Source: a virus
Taxonomy: Duplodnaviria > Caudoviricetes
IMG/VR virus record: IMGVR_UViG_3300037755_000910
Location: 1 to 33,670 of that record
Reading direction: 5' to 3' (one strand)
DNA length: 33,670 bases
The notes beneath the pieces were generated by a model that ran no database searches, was not told the DNA's origin, and was given only the letters and a program-made list of their open reading frames with translations. How positions within the stretch are numbered: position 1 is the first letter of the stretch; each line of letters opens with the position of its first letter. The position numbers were made by a program, and so were the translations under genes. This document shows, piece after piece, positions 7,254 to 15,573 of this stretch.

Positions 7254-7283
7254 AGCATGTGGGAGGCTTCCGGGGTTTGTCAA
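7254..7283 (-). promoter_or_regulatory. Sigma70-like promoter TTGACA-18-CATGCT heading the leftward cluster
   Basis: Perfect -35; an 8-bp inverted repeat catgcttc/gaagcatg (7240-7259) overlaps the -10. Confidence 0.6.
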
Positions 7284-7396
7284 GAACTTTATGCGAAAAC
7301 CGCGTATCCATGCCGAAATAAGCGCCAAACGGGGGACTGGAGGGCGCGGATATGTTAGGATTTTGCGCTTACCTGTGGGGATTTTGAGGACTCGGG

Positions 7397-7741
7397 ATGA
7401 GCGTTAAAAACGCGGTCAGAACCGCACTGAGCGGCGATATGCAGGCACTGAATGACGAGCTGCTGTCAGGCGCGCCAGACTTCCTTGATCTACCTGACGG
7501 CCGCCGCAAGGCACTGGAAAAGAACGTCATGAGGCGAGAGCGCATGTTCTGGCTGCAGACGCGCAGGGTGCTGAAGAATTTCGTCTCTGAGGTGCTGATA
7601 CGCCGGGCCATCTACGCTGAGGAGCGGGCCCACGATGCTGAGATGAGGCTGGGCGAGCTGGCCCTGATCTGTGGCGGCATGAAGGACGAGGTAGAGCGGT
7701 TGCAGGGTGAATTGACGAAACTTGCGAAGGGGATCAAGTGA
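7397..7741 (+). CDS. Hypothetical protein (114 aa, coiled-coil C-terminus)
   Basis: SD gagga; divergent from the early cluster. Confidence 0.7.
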   Translation: MSVKNAVRTALSGDMQALNDELLSGAPDFLDLPDGRRKALEKNVMRRERMFWLQTRRVLKNFVSEVLIRRAIYAEERAHDAEMRLGELALICGGMKDEVERLQGELTKLAKGIK

Positions 7742-7762
7742 TGAGCGAGAGGGAAATATTAA

Positions 7763-7918
7763 ATGGCTAAGCCAACGAAATCTGAAAGACGGCGACCCGG
7801 GCAAGTGGACACAGGAGACACTGTACATTTGCCTCCTGCGGAAGGCCCACGGTCGCGAGACGAAGGAATCTTTCACGTTCCGGAAAAGAAGCGAAAGAAG
7901 CGAAAGAAGGGCAAGTGA
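7763..7918 (+). CDS. Small basic protein (51 aa), not in the ORF track
   Basis: MAKPTKSERRRPGQ...PEKKRKKRKKGK*; SD-like gaggga. Confidence 0.5.
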   Translation: MAKPTKSERRRPGQVDTGDTVHLPPAEGPRSRDEGIFHVPEKKRKKRKKGK

Positions 7919-8034
7919 TGTGGCAATGAACAGCTCCTGACGGCACAGGTGTAAAGGCATCGATCAGCCATGACCCGGTCGAGCCTGACAGGGTGCTTAT
8001 CTGCCGCAGTAAGGATAGCGCAAGCGACAGGCGA

Positions 8035-8394
8035 GTGATCACTGTCGGTAACCACCACCATGGTGCGCACGGCATCAGCATCATGCGCCCCTCGGCACTC
8101 GGCAATCCCTTCAGGGTAGGACCATATACCCGGGAGCAGGCCGTGAGCATGTATCGGACGTGGCTATGGGAGCGGATACAGGAGGGCGGCCCAGTAGCTC
8201 AGGCCATTGAGGGATTGGCAGCCCAGTACAGGGAAGCGGGCGAACTGACTCTGGTATGCTGTTGCGCACCGCAGGCATGTCACGGGGATGTCGTGAAAGC
8301 CGCAGTTGAATGGATTTTGAGGATAGGCGGCGTTACAGCCCTTGGCGGCCCGACCACAAGCCAGCGCAGCGACAGGCCCGACCCCCACCAGTAA
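8035..8394 (+). CDS. DUF4326 protein
   Basis: RPSALGNPF...REQAV..YR.WL...L.C.CAPQACHGDV; start uncertain (7993 or 8035). Confidence 0.8.
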   Translation: MITVGNHHHGAHGISIMRPSALGNPFRVGPYTREQAVSMYRTWLWERIQEGGPVAQAIEGLAAQYREAGELTLVCCCAPQACHGDVVKAAVEWILRIGGVTALGGPTTSQRSDRPDPHQ

Positions 8395-9190
8395 GGGATA
8401 ACACCCATACCCAACCCCTTCCCCGATGATCCCCCTGTCTATCAGGGCATCTCATCAACCCGCAACACACACAGGGACGGATACTAACACCGGTCCCGTT
8501 AGTGTTCAGGCCCGCTGTTACTGTCGGGGATGATACGCAACCCAGAGGTTGCATATAAAGCGCAACCCCTAGGTTGCATGTCTATGCGAAACCCCAGAGA
8601 TGCCTTTGTTTCGTGCTGCACTACACAGCCAACCTCTAAGCAATCCTTAGAAGATGCCTGAAAGTCCCTGTTTCTGGCGCTTGTCCTCTCTGCCGGCTCC
8701 GCATGGCCGCACCCTCGGGGCGCTAGAGCCCAATGTCTGCGCGGGTTACGCCGTATCCAGACCCCATGAATGGCCGATCCCGTGGCCGGTAGTTGGTAGG
8801 TCAGGTGGGAAACGCATGGCATGGAGGAGGGCACAGCGACACCAGCTATCAATGGGTTATCTCCGATACCTCATGTATGCACCATGTGGGATACGCTGGA
8901 CACCGCATGGTTGTGCGGTTTATTACATAATAGAGATTATACGCACCTCATGAACAGGGGGCGTAATGATGGATGATGTGGGGAATGCGGGCTCATGGCG
9001 TGCCGGGCGGATCGCGATGGAAGGAGTGCGATACAGGCACATGGGACCCAGGCCATGCACACAGGAAAGGGCATGCCGCTGAGAGATTCGGGTCCCATCT
9101 TCATGGTACCAAGTCTCTCTCGCATACGATTACGGAACTTTTGGGAAAGTGCCCTAAATTTTTTTGAAAAAATATTAGGAAATTCAGTTA
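8395..9190. other. Long non-coding region, candidate terminus/pac/origin
   Basis: No convincing ORF; 13 CATG in 8702-9105; C-rich to G-rich switch; A/T tracts at about 9157-9175. Confidence 0.5.
8537..8603. promoter_or_regulatory. Tandem dyads GCAACC-N4-GGTTGC (8537-8552, 8562-8577, degenerate 8588-8603)
   Basis: Two perfect and one 3-mismatch copy at 25-26 bp period in non-coding DNA. Confidence 0.65.
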
Positions 9191-9667
9191 CTAATTTGAT
9201 TCTGCTGCAAGGTCAATATAGGCGAGTGCGCGTTCCAAGCCCTCTCTGGAGTCTCCTAGCATCCCAAGCCCTATGTTGCAACTGGTGCAAAGCCACCCTC
9301 GGAATTGTCCGGTTTCGTGGTCGTGATCAAGTGCTAGGCCTTTCTTCTTCGGGGGCTGATCGCAGCATTCGCAGACCCCCGGGGTTGGTCTTGTTGGCTT
9401 GGGAAGCCCTTGCTGCTTGCGATTGTACTCACGATGCTTTCCAAGATTTTCAAGCCTGTACTTTCTTTTGTGCGCTATGTGCTTTGCGTTCCACCTACGA
9501 CTCCTTGCGAGGATCCTTTCGTGATTTGCATAGTAGTACGCCTTTTCGCATGCGCGGCACTGCGTCTGCAGGCCGTCTTTTCTGCCGTTATTTTTGTTAA
9601 ATTCTGACAGCGGCTTCTCTGTGTCGCATATCCGGCATTTCTTTTTAGTGAGGTCGATTTCGTTCAT
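9191..9667 (-). CDS. Endonuclease VII-like HNH endonuclease
   Basis: CECC...LALDHDHETGQFRGWLCTSCNIGLG...D....LERALAY; N-terminal KKCRIC...CRAC zinc finger. Confidence 0.9.
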   Translation of the reverse strand: MNEIDLTKKKCRICDTEKPLSEFNKNNGRKDGLQTQCRACEKAYYYANHERILARSRRWNAKHIAHKRKYRLENLGKHREYNRKQQGLPKPTRPTPGVCECCDQPPKKKGLALDHDHETGQFRGWLCTSCNIGLGMLGDSREGLERALAYIDLAAESN

Positions 9668-10037
9668 GCTTTACGACGTCTCCAAAAAAGTAGATGTGCA
9701 TTTCCATCCGAAGTTCTACCGCGGCCCGGATCGTGCTCCGCGTACCGGGTGACTTGCCGTCCCAGATGGCCACCAGCTTTTCTGCCTTCTCCAGCATGCG
9801 TCGGTTCCGTAGCGGCCCGGCCTTCTTGCCGAGTCGGTTCCATTCCTCTCTGGATACCGGGAACGGATCCTGTGTGATTTTGCGCTCCTCGCAGAATTCC
9901 TTGACGAGCGAGTCCACCCCGTCCTTGCAGGCGCCGTGAACCGCGACGTCGATTGCAGGGCGCAGGTGGCGGGTCAGGATTCTATACACCACCGGCTGGT
10001 CAGTAATTCCTCGACTGCCGGAGACCACGACCCTCAT
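9645..10037 (-). CDS. SLOG-family (YspA/DUF2493-like) protein
   Basis: MRVVVSGSR, VHGA..GVD, W...GKKAGPLRN..M, AIWDGKSPGT. Confidence 0.85.
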   Translation of the reverse strand: MRVVVSGSRGITDQPVVYRILTRHLRPAIDVAVHGACKDGVDSLVKEFCEERKITQDPFPVSREEWNRLGKKAGPLRNRRMLEKAEKLVAIWDGKSPGTRSTIRAAVELRMEMHIYFFGDVVKHERNRPH

Positions 10038-10081
10038 AGATTCACTCCCTGAAGTTGAGTGCCGAGTATACCGAAATCCAG

Positions 10082-10110
10082 TTACATGATTCCATGCTTT
10101 GACCTATATT
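10082..10110 (+). promoter_or_regulatory. Sigma70-like promoter TTACAT-17-TATATT (divergent TATACT -10 on minus at 10065-10070)
   Basis: Hexamers in a divergent intergenic gap. Confidence 0.45.
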
Positions 10111-10116
10111 GGTTTG

Positions 10117-10221
10117 GTGAGAAAAAATCTCCATGTCATTGCGCCGATGTTGCTGTTCTTGGTAGTTTCGGGTTGCAGCTCAAACCTGAGCACCCACACG
10201 AGCTGGCACGAGAATGAATAA
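10117..10221 (+). CDS. Tiny putative lipoprotein (34 aa), not in the ORF track
   Basis: MRKNLHVIAPMLLFLVVSG-CSSN...; basic n-region, h-region, lipobox VSGC; overlaps the next ATG. Confidence 0.55.
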   Translation: MRKNLHVIAPMLLFLVVSGCSSNLSTHTSWHENE

Positions 10222-10603
10222 ACGTGTAGTGAAGATCACCGACGTCGAGCGCTGGGACTCCATGGTCGAGGACGAGGCGCTTGATTTCTGCCGATCCTTG
10301 TTCGTGGAACGTGACGGACTCGAGAAGGCCCTGGCCGGCCGACTTGCAACTGGAGTCAAAGTGTTCGGCCACGTTATGTCCTACGCGAACGAAACCTCGC
10401 CAGCCATGGCCCTGTCTGAATTCAAGGTAGCGTTTCTGCTATACGCTCGTTCGCTGAACGCAATCTCGAGGAGCCACAATCTGTACTGGCGTAAGAAGCC
10501 GATCATCGAGTTTGAGAAGAAGGGGCGCTTCATGCTGTCGGCGGCTGGGGTGCTGCTATCGAAAAAGAAACCACCGGTTGGTGGTAACATGGCTCGGGGT
10601 TAA
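10214..10603 (+). CDS. Hypothetical protein (129 aa)
   Basis: ORF in operon orientation. Confidence 0.7.
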   Translation: MNKRVVKITDVERWDSMVEDEALDFCRSLFVERDGLEKALAGRLATGVKVFGHVMSYANETSPAMALSEFKVAFLLYARSLNAISRSHNLYWRKKPIIEFEKKGRFMLSAAGVLLSKKKPPVGGNMARG

Positions 10604-10631
10604 CCAAAAACCACGACGAGAGGAAACCATA

Positions 10632-10772
10632 GTGGAACTTGTAATTTTTTTCATATTTGCCGGCGCGCTCGCGTGGGGAGTCTCAAAGCTCACCGACGCT
10701 CCGTATGACGACGATGACGATGATCAGGATGGGGAATACGGGGACTACCCGCCTGAAGATTGGAAGGACTGA
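10632..10772 (+). CDS. Small membrane protein with acidic tail (46 aa)
   Basis: SD gagga, GTG start; TM LVIFFIFAGALAWGV then DDDDDD. Confidence 0.6.
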   Translation: MELVIFFIFAGALAWGVSKLTDAPYDDDDDDQDGEYGDYPPEDWKD

Positions 10773-10943
10773 GTGTTGACCGGTCAACCTCCATTCTGTG
10801 ACATCGACCCGGACGAGGAGTCTTGGGAGGACACATGGGAGGATGACATGCCGGACGACGGCATGGGATTCGGAATCATCGATGATGACGAGGACCTCTC
10901 CATCTACATTCCTAATCTGCATCCTAAGCCTGGTCTGGAGTAG
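10773..10943 (+). CDS. Small highly acidic protein (56 aa), not in the ORF track
   Basis: MLTGQPPFCDIDPDEESWEDTWEDDMPDDGMGFGIIDDDEDLSIYIPNLHPKPGLE; starts directly after the previous stop, SD aagga. Confidence 0.5.
   Translation: MLTGQPPFCDIDPDEESWEDTWEDDMPDDGMGFGIIDDDEDLSIYIPNLHPKPGLE
10775..10788. repeat. Palindrome GTTGACCGGTCAAC, copy 2
   Basis: Exact 14-mer. Confidence 0.95.
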
Positions 10944-11033
10944 ATCGATGCCGAACTGAGCGCCTAGCGGGTGCGCCTGCGTCGCGGCCGGTGCTAAACT
11001 TCGGGGTTATAGACAAATCTCGAAGGTTCCCCT

Positions 11034-11255
11034 GTGATCCAATCCGTGACAGAAGCCGCTACCCGGTTCCGCAAGAAATACACCCTGGTCGTACTCATGT
11101 TCGTGAGCGGCACCGCGCTCGCGTTCCTGCAGACATGGTCCGCGGAGGACTACCGATGGTTCTGCATCGTGCTGCTGGCGATCTTCGGACCCATGGACCT
11201 GGCCGACAACGGCACCCTCCCGTGGGGTAACTCGAAGGGCAAGGGCGAAAAATGA
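11034..11255 (+). CDS. Two-TM small membrane protein (holin-like)
   Basis: Two hydrophobic segments and a basic C-terminus. Confidence 0.55.
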   Translation: MIQSVTEAATRFRKKYTLVVLMFVSGTALAFLQTWSAEDYRWFCIVLLAIFGPMDLADNGTLPWGNSKGKGEK

Positions 11256-13690
11256 AGCTGATAACTCATACCCTGGCAGCTCTCCTGCTGTCAATCACTC
11301 TGCCGGCAATGGCCGATATCTTCATTGGCCTGACGGTGCCGCAGGATTGCGTCGAAATTGTGCTGGAGGGCGAGAAGTCACGGCCCGAGTGCGCGCGGAT
11401 CGTGGTTGGGCCGGAAGCGCAGGCGGTCATTATTTCGAAGACCTTGGCACGCTGCTCGGATGGTACTTATAGAACATCCAACCCGCTGGGTGACTGTGGT
11501 GCGTCTGCCGCTGACCTGGATTGGGACCTTTCTGCCCTGGAAAACACGCTGAGCCTGGCGGGCGCCTACTCGGACGACTTGCGCGCTTGCTGTCTGTCTG
11601 GCAACGATGCCGCAACTGCGACGCTCACACTCGAGACCTGTTCGGGAGATGACGCGGCGGCCAACGGCTGGGCGATCAACACGGACGATCTGGAGAATGC
11701 CGGCACCGATGGGGATTTGCCCGGTTCCGGGGCGATGGCATTCCGTGCCACGCAAGGTGCGGATTCTGCTTTGTCCTCTTGCCAAAACTGGTCTTATGTC
11801 ACGGCCCCAACCGGAGATACCCTCGCGCCACCGATTCCCACCGGGCTGATTATCACCGGCACGGACACCGACGAAGTCTCGATCGCCTTCGACGCCAGTT
11901 GTGACAACCACGACGGCGCTGAATCCGGATCAGGTACGGCGCAGTACAACGTCGAGATTGATGGCGGTTCTGCTGACACGGTCACGGCGACCGATTGCAC
12001 CACCAGTGCTCTCACGGAAACCATTCTGGGAGGCAACGACGGCACCCCGGATTCGACTCAAACCGGCAATTCGTGGGACCTGTCGTTCGGCGGCACGGGT
12101 GTTGACAGTACGTCAGACCAGGTGTTGCTGCGCGGCACGTCCCTGTCCGGTGACGTGACGACCATCGCCAGCGTGACCGCGATTGCCAGTGCAGCCAGTT
12201 TCGACAAGACCGGCATTTACGCGCGCGGCTCGCTGGATGCGGACGCGATAGCTTGTTACACGTACTATCTGGACGCCGCCACGCCCAAGGTGCAAATGCG
12301 CTGCCGCACCCAGGCCGGGGCTGCGACCTCCACGGTTGCTACGCAGACTGCCCCGAGTCTGCCGGTTTACATTAAGACGTTCCGCAATCAGAGCGCCAAC
12401 ACGCTGACCAGCTACTACTCCGCTGATGGCGGTGCCTGGACCCAGCTTGCATCGCTCAGCATCGACATGCCCTCTACAGTGCAGAGCGGCGTATTCGTGA
12501 CTTCGAGCAGCGCCGGCACCAATGCGACCGGCACGGTTGCCAACGTCAATATTCATGCGCTGCCGACGGTTGCCCGTGACGTATCGACGACGGTCGGCGG
12601 GACGTTCACGGTCGGCGCCCAAGACGGAGAGGGGAATATCTCTGCGGATTCCGCTTCAGTAAGCGGAGACCCGGACGATCCCGAAGATCCGCCGCCTCCA
12701 GGAGCCGGGAAAAAATGGAATCCTGGATGGTATGTCAAGACCCAAGGCCAGCATTGCCAGTCAAATGAGACTGCCTATGTCACTGATATGGTCAACCAGA
12801 TCAACAGCCACGTACCGAGCAGCGGCCAACTGGAAGGGGCTCTGCTACGTATTGCGTGGGGCGCGATAGAGCGCTCGCCGGGTGTTTACAGCTTTGATCG
12901 CATACACACAATTCTCAATGCGAGCGGACTTGCCGGCAAGAGCCTGGGCGTCGAAATAGAACATAAGTGCTTTGGCCATTCGCAGAATGCCGCCGCGCTC
13001 ATGCCGCCCGACCTGGAAGACGAGGTCAACACGACAAATACCGGAATCATCGCTCGCTATTGGGATGCGGACGTAATGGATCGCATCATTGCGATGATGG
13101 AGGCTTTTGCCGAGGAGTTCGACGATAACGCCAGGATTGAATATGTGTCATTGGGGTCTGAGTCGTGTCCGTCGTTCGGTTCCAACGCGCCGGCTGATTA
13201 TTCGCATGCCGCGGCGCTGACTCAATCCATTCGTTTGTATGAGGCGCAGAAAAACGCCTTTCCCAACACGAACGTCTTTGCGGCATGGAACTGCAGTCAG
13301 GGCAATATCATCAACCAAGGTGCTGAAGAAGCGTATCAGCGCGGCCTGGGTCTCAGCGGTCCCGATACGCATGCCACCGCAGGCAATTCGGTATTCGACG
13401 GCTCCAGGACCGGGGCAGTGCGCGATTACCGCACGTTGTCGGCACATCTCGGGACCTTGAGCGCGCCCAATCTTGGCGGTAAGGACGATGTGCTGCCGCT
13501 GTCCAGTTGGCAAAGCACCTTTATCAACGGCAACAAGTTTACCCACGTCGGGCTGGTTATGAGCAGCAACGCCAGTGGCGGCACCAAGACCGACATCCTC
13601 AACCATATCAATGCCGGAGGCGGCTCCACCAACAACACCTATGAGGGATGTCCGACACGGTACACGCAAATAGCCGAGGGCTGCCAGTGA
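11252..13690 (+). CDS. Exported multidomain protein: signal peptide, FN3-like, ConA/lectin-like beta sandwich, Pro linker, clan GH-A-like glycoside hydrolase
   Basis: MKLITHTLAALLLSITLPAMA|D; DTLAPPIPTGL; DKTGIYAR..L; YYSADGGAWTQL; PPPP; WGAIERSPGVYSFDRI; YWDADVMDRII. Confidence 0.75.
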   Translation: MKLITHTLAALLLSITLPAMADIFIGLTVPQDCVEIVLEGEKSRPECARIVVGPEAQAVIISKTLARCSDGTYRTSNPLGDCGASAADLDWDLSALENTLSLAGAYSDDLRACCLSGNDAATATLTLETCSGDDAAANGWAINTDDLENAGTDGDLPGSGAMAFRATQGADSALSSCQNWSYVTAPTGDTLAPPIPTGLIITGTDTDEVSIAFDASCDNHDGAESGSGTAQYNVEIDGGSADTVTATDCTTSALTETILGGNDGTPDSTQTGNSWDLSFGGTGVDSTSDQVLLRGTSLSGDVTTIASVTAIASAASFDKTGIYARGSLDADAIACYTYYLDAATPKVQMRCRTQAGAATSTVATQTAPSLPVYIKTFRNQSANTLTSYYSADGGAWTQLASLSIDMPSTVQSGVFVTSSSAGTNATGTVANVNIHALPTVARDVSTTVGGTFTVGAQDGEGNISADSASVSGDPDDPEDPPPPGAGKKWNPGWYVKTQGQHCQSNETAYVTDMVNQINSHVPSSGQLEGALLRIAWGAIERSPGVYSFDRIHTILNASGLAGKSLGVEIEHKCFGHSQNAAALMPPDLEDEVNTTNTGIIARYWDADVMDRIIAMMEAFAEEFDDNARIEYVSLGSESCPSFGSNAPADYSHAAALTQSIRLYEAQKNAFPNTNVFAAWNCSQGNIINQGAEEAYQRGLGLSGPDTHATAGNSVFDGSRTGAVRDYRTLSAHLGTLSAPNLGGKDDVLPLSSWQSTFINGNKFTHVGLVMSSNASGGTKTDILNHINAGGGSTNNTYEGCPTRYTQIAEGCQ

Positions 13691-15573
13691 GGAAGTGGCT
13701 GGTTCTTCTGTGTGCGATCTCTGCTACAGCCGGTGCCCAGATCGCGCCGGTTGGCGGGCAGAACACGAACACCAACCTCGACACCAGTCGGACCTTTCTC
13801 GAAAGCAACATAGGCAATCCGCAGGAAAACGACATCATCGTGGTGCAATGCCATAAGGACAGCGCTACTGGCCCAGGCCTATGGACCGACCCCACTGACT
13901 TCGCCCAGCTCGATGAATTTGCCGCCGGTGGCACACCCACGCTGACCGTCTATCTCGGTTGGAAGCGGCGTGGCGCGACGGCCGGTGAGGCAATGACGTT
14001 CTCCACCAGCGGCGGCACCGATCAGATTTCCTGTACCGCCTCGGTATTGAGTGGCGTAGATGAAACCACGGCGTTCGACGTCGCCTACAGCGCCGGCAGT
14101 CACCGTGATGCCGGTGGCAACAACAATAATCCGAACGCTGCAGCACCCGCGATCACGACCGTTACGGATGGCGCAGTGGTGTTGGTGCTGGATGGTATTA
14201 CCACCACCATTTCCGGAGATGGTGGGCCACCCGCCAGCTATACAGAACTGGTAGACGGCATGAACGGCACCGGCGCGCATCGCGGCCAGTACAGCGCCTT
14301 CAGGACCATTGCCACGGCCGGCACGGAGACGCCCGGTGTCTTTACACACACAGATGCGACGGGCACGGCCGATTCGTACCGGATTACGCTTGCTTTGCGG
14401 CCTGCTGCTGGCGCTGCCGCCGGGGAATACGACGAATCTCCCATAGTCACGGCGCAGGACGACAGCAGCTATACGGTTGACGGCTCGCTGGATGCGGCTG
14501 GCGATGTCGATGCGGTAGCCTGCCTCAAGGATCAGACCGCGCCGACCATTGCGCAGGTCCAAGCCGGGGACTGCACCGGCGATGTGGCGGCCGAGTCGGT
14601 CGACAGTGATTCACCGTCAACCGGGGATTTCGACTTTACACTGACCCTGAGTATCGCGGGCGACCCGGCTATTCCAGTCCACGATATCTATGTCACGGAC
14701 GGTACGACGCTCACGACGTTGGCGGACGAGTTTCTCGATCCTGCGACAGGAGAGCAGTTCACCACGCAAGCCAGTGTCGCCGTAGGTAGCCAGACGGAAG
14801 AGTTCAACGATTTGGTAGACCCGGACATTGCGGCCGGCGATATCCTGATTTGCCCGACCACGACGAGCCCCGGAGGTTTCGATCTCGATGTTGGCACCGA
14901 TGGAAATTTCGTCTACACGCCACCTGGTCCGGACGACTCAAGACAGCTCGCAACCTGCGATGTCTATGATTTGTCGGCTGAAGGTTTTCATGCCGAGCTG
15001 CTGGAAAACGTGTGGAACAACGCAGCGCCTGAGGCTGATGGTGATTTCGCATTGCCGTTTGATATCGACGTCGCGTGGGATGCGTTCGACATCTGCGGAG
15101 AGTTCACGGATGACGACGACGATACGCTGACTCTGAGCCTGGATAGCGGCACACCGCCCACCGGACTGACCCTGGGCGGTACGGGCAATTGCACGCTCGA
15201 TGGAGACCCTACGACCGAAGATGAGACCGGCACAATAGTGGTGTTCGAGGCTGACGACGGCTTTGGCGGTACCGGCCAGATCACCATTGATTTCTATCCC
15301 ATGGACGAACAAACCATGCCCGACCTGGCCGATGGCGACACCGACGCCGCGATCAACGACGAGCTGACGTTGCGGCCGTGGCTGGATGAGCCGAGCTTCT
15401 CAGCGACTTTTCGCTGCCCCAAGGCGGATGATCCGGAAGGCTACGAAGACCGTGATCAAGTGCTGACCCAGGACCCGGCCGCCGGTACACAGGTCGCATT
15501 CGATGCGGCGTTCAGCCTGGAAGTGTCTCGTGGTCCGAATTGCCGATATATGCGGAGAACAATGCAACAATGA
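13687..15573 (+). CDS. Exported acidic protein with Ig-like (He_PIG-type) and C-terminal PASTA-like domains
   Basis: GTGA overlap; MRKWLVLLCAISATAGA|Q; SGTPPTGLTL...LDGDPT; TMPDL...VLTQDPAAGTQV...LEVSRGP. Confidence 0.7.
   Translation: MRKWLVLLCAISATAGAQIAPVGGQNTNTNLDTSRTFLESNIGNPQENDIIVVQCHKDSATGPGLWTDPTDFAQLDEFAAGGTPTLTVYLGWKRRGATAGEAMTFSTSGGTDQISCTASVLSGVDETTAFDVAYSAGSHRDAGGNNNNPNAAAPAITTVTDGAVVLVLDGITTTISGDGGPPASYTELVDGMNGTGAHRGQYSAFRTIATAGTETPGVFTHTDATGTADSYRITLALRPAAGAAAGEYDESPIVTAQDDSSYTVDGSLDAAGDVDAVACLKDQTAPTIAQVQAGDCTGDVAAESVDSDSPSTGDFDFTLTLSIAGDPAIPVHDIYVTDGTTLTTLADEFLDPATGEQFTTQASVAVGSQTEEFNDLVDPDIAAGDILICPTTTSPGGFDLDVGTDGNFVYTPPGPDDSRQLATCDVYDLSAEGFHAELLENVWNNAAPEADGDFALPFDIDVAWDAFDICGEFTDDDDDTLTLSLDSGTPPTGLTLGGTGNCTLDGDPTTEDETGTIVVFEADDGFGGTGQITIDFYPMDEQTMPDLADGDTDAAINDELTLRPWLDEPSFSATFRCPKADDPEGYEDRDQVLTQDPAAGTQVAFDAAFSLEVSRGPNCRYMRRTMQQ

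Noticed and set aside
5014-7348. 12-mer CTGGAGGGCGCG at 5014-5025 and 7337-7348
   Set aside because: Only two GC-rich copies at different distances from the nearby promoters; could be chance
8499-9600. ORFs in the 8.4-9.2 kb gap (8499-8852, 8654-8953, 8995-9600)
   Set aside because: Atypical composition, no clear SD, overlap with dyads and the EndoVII gene
11034-11255. Complete lysis cassette
   Set aside because: The protein is holin-like, but no endolysin or spanin pair is recognisable beside it
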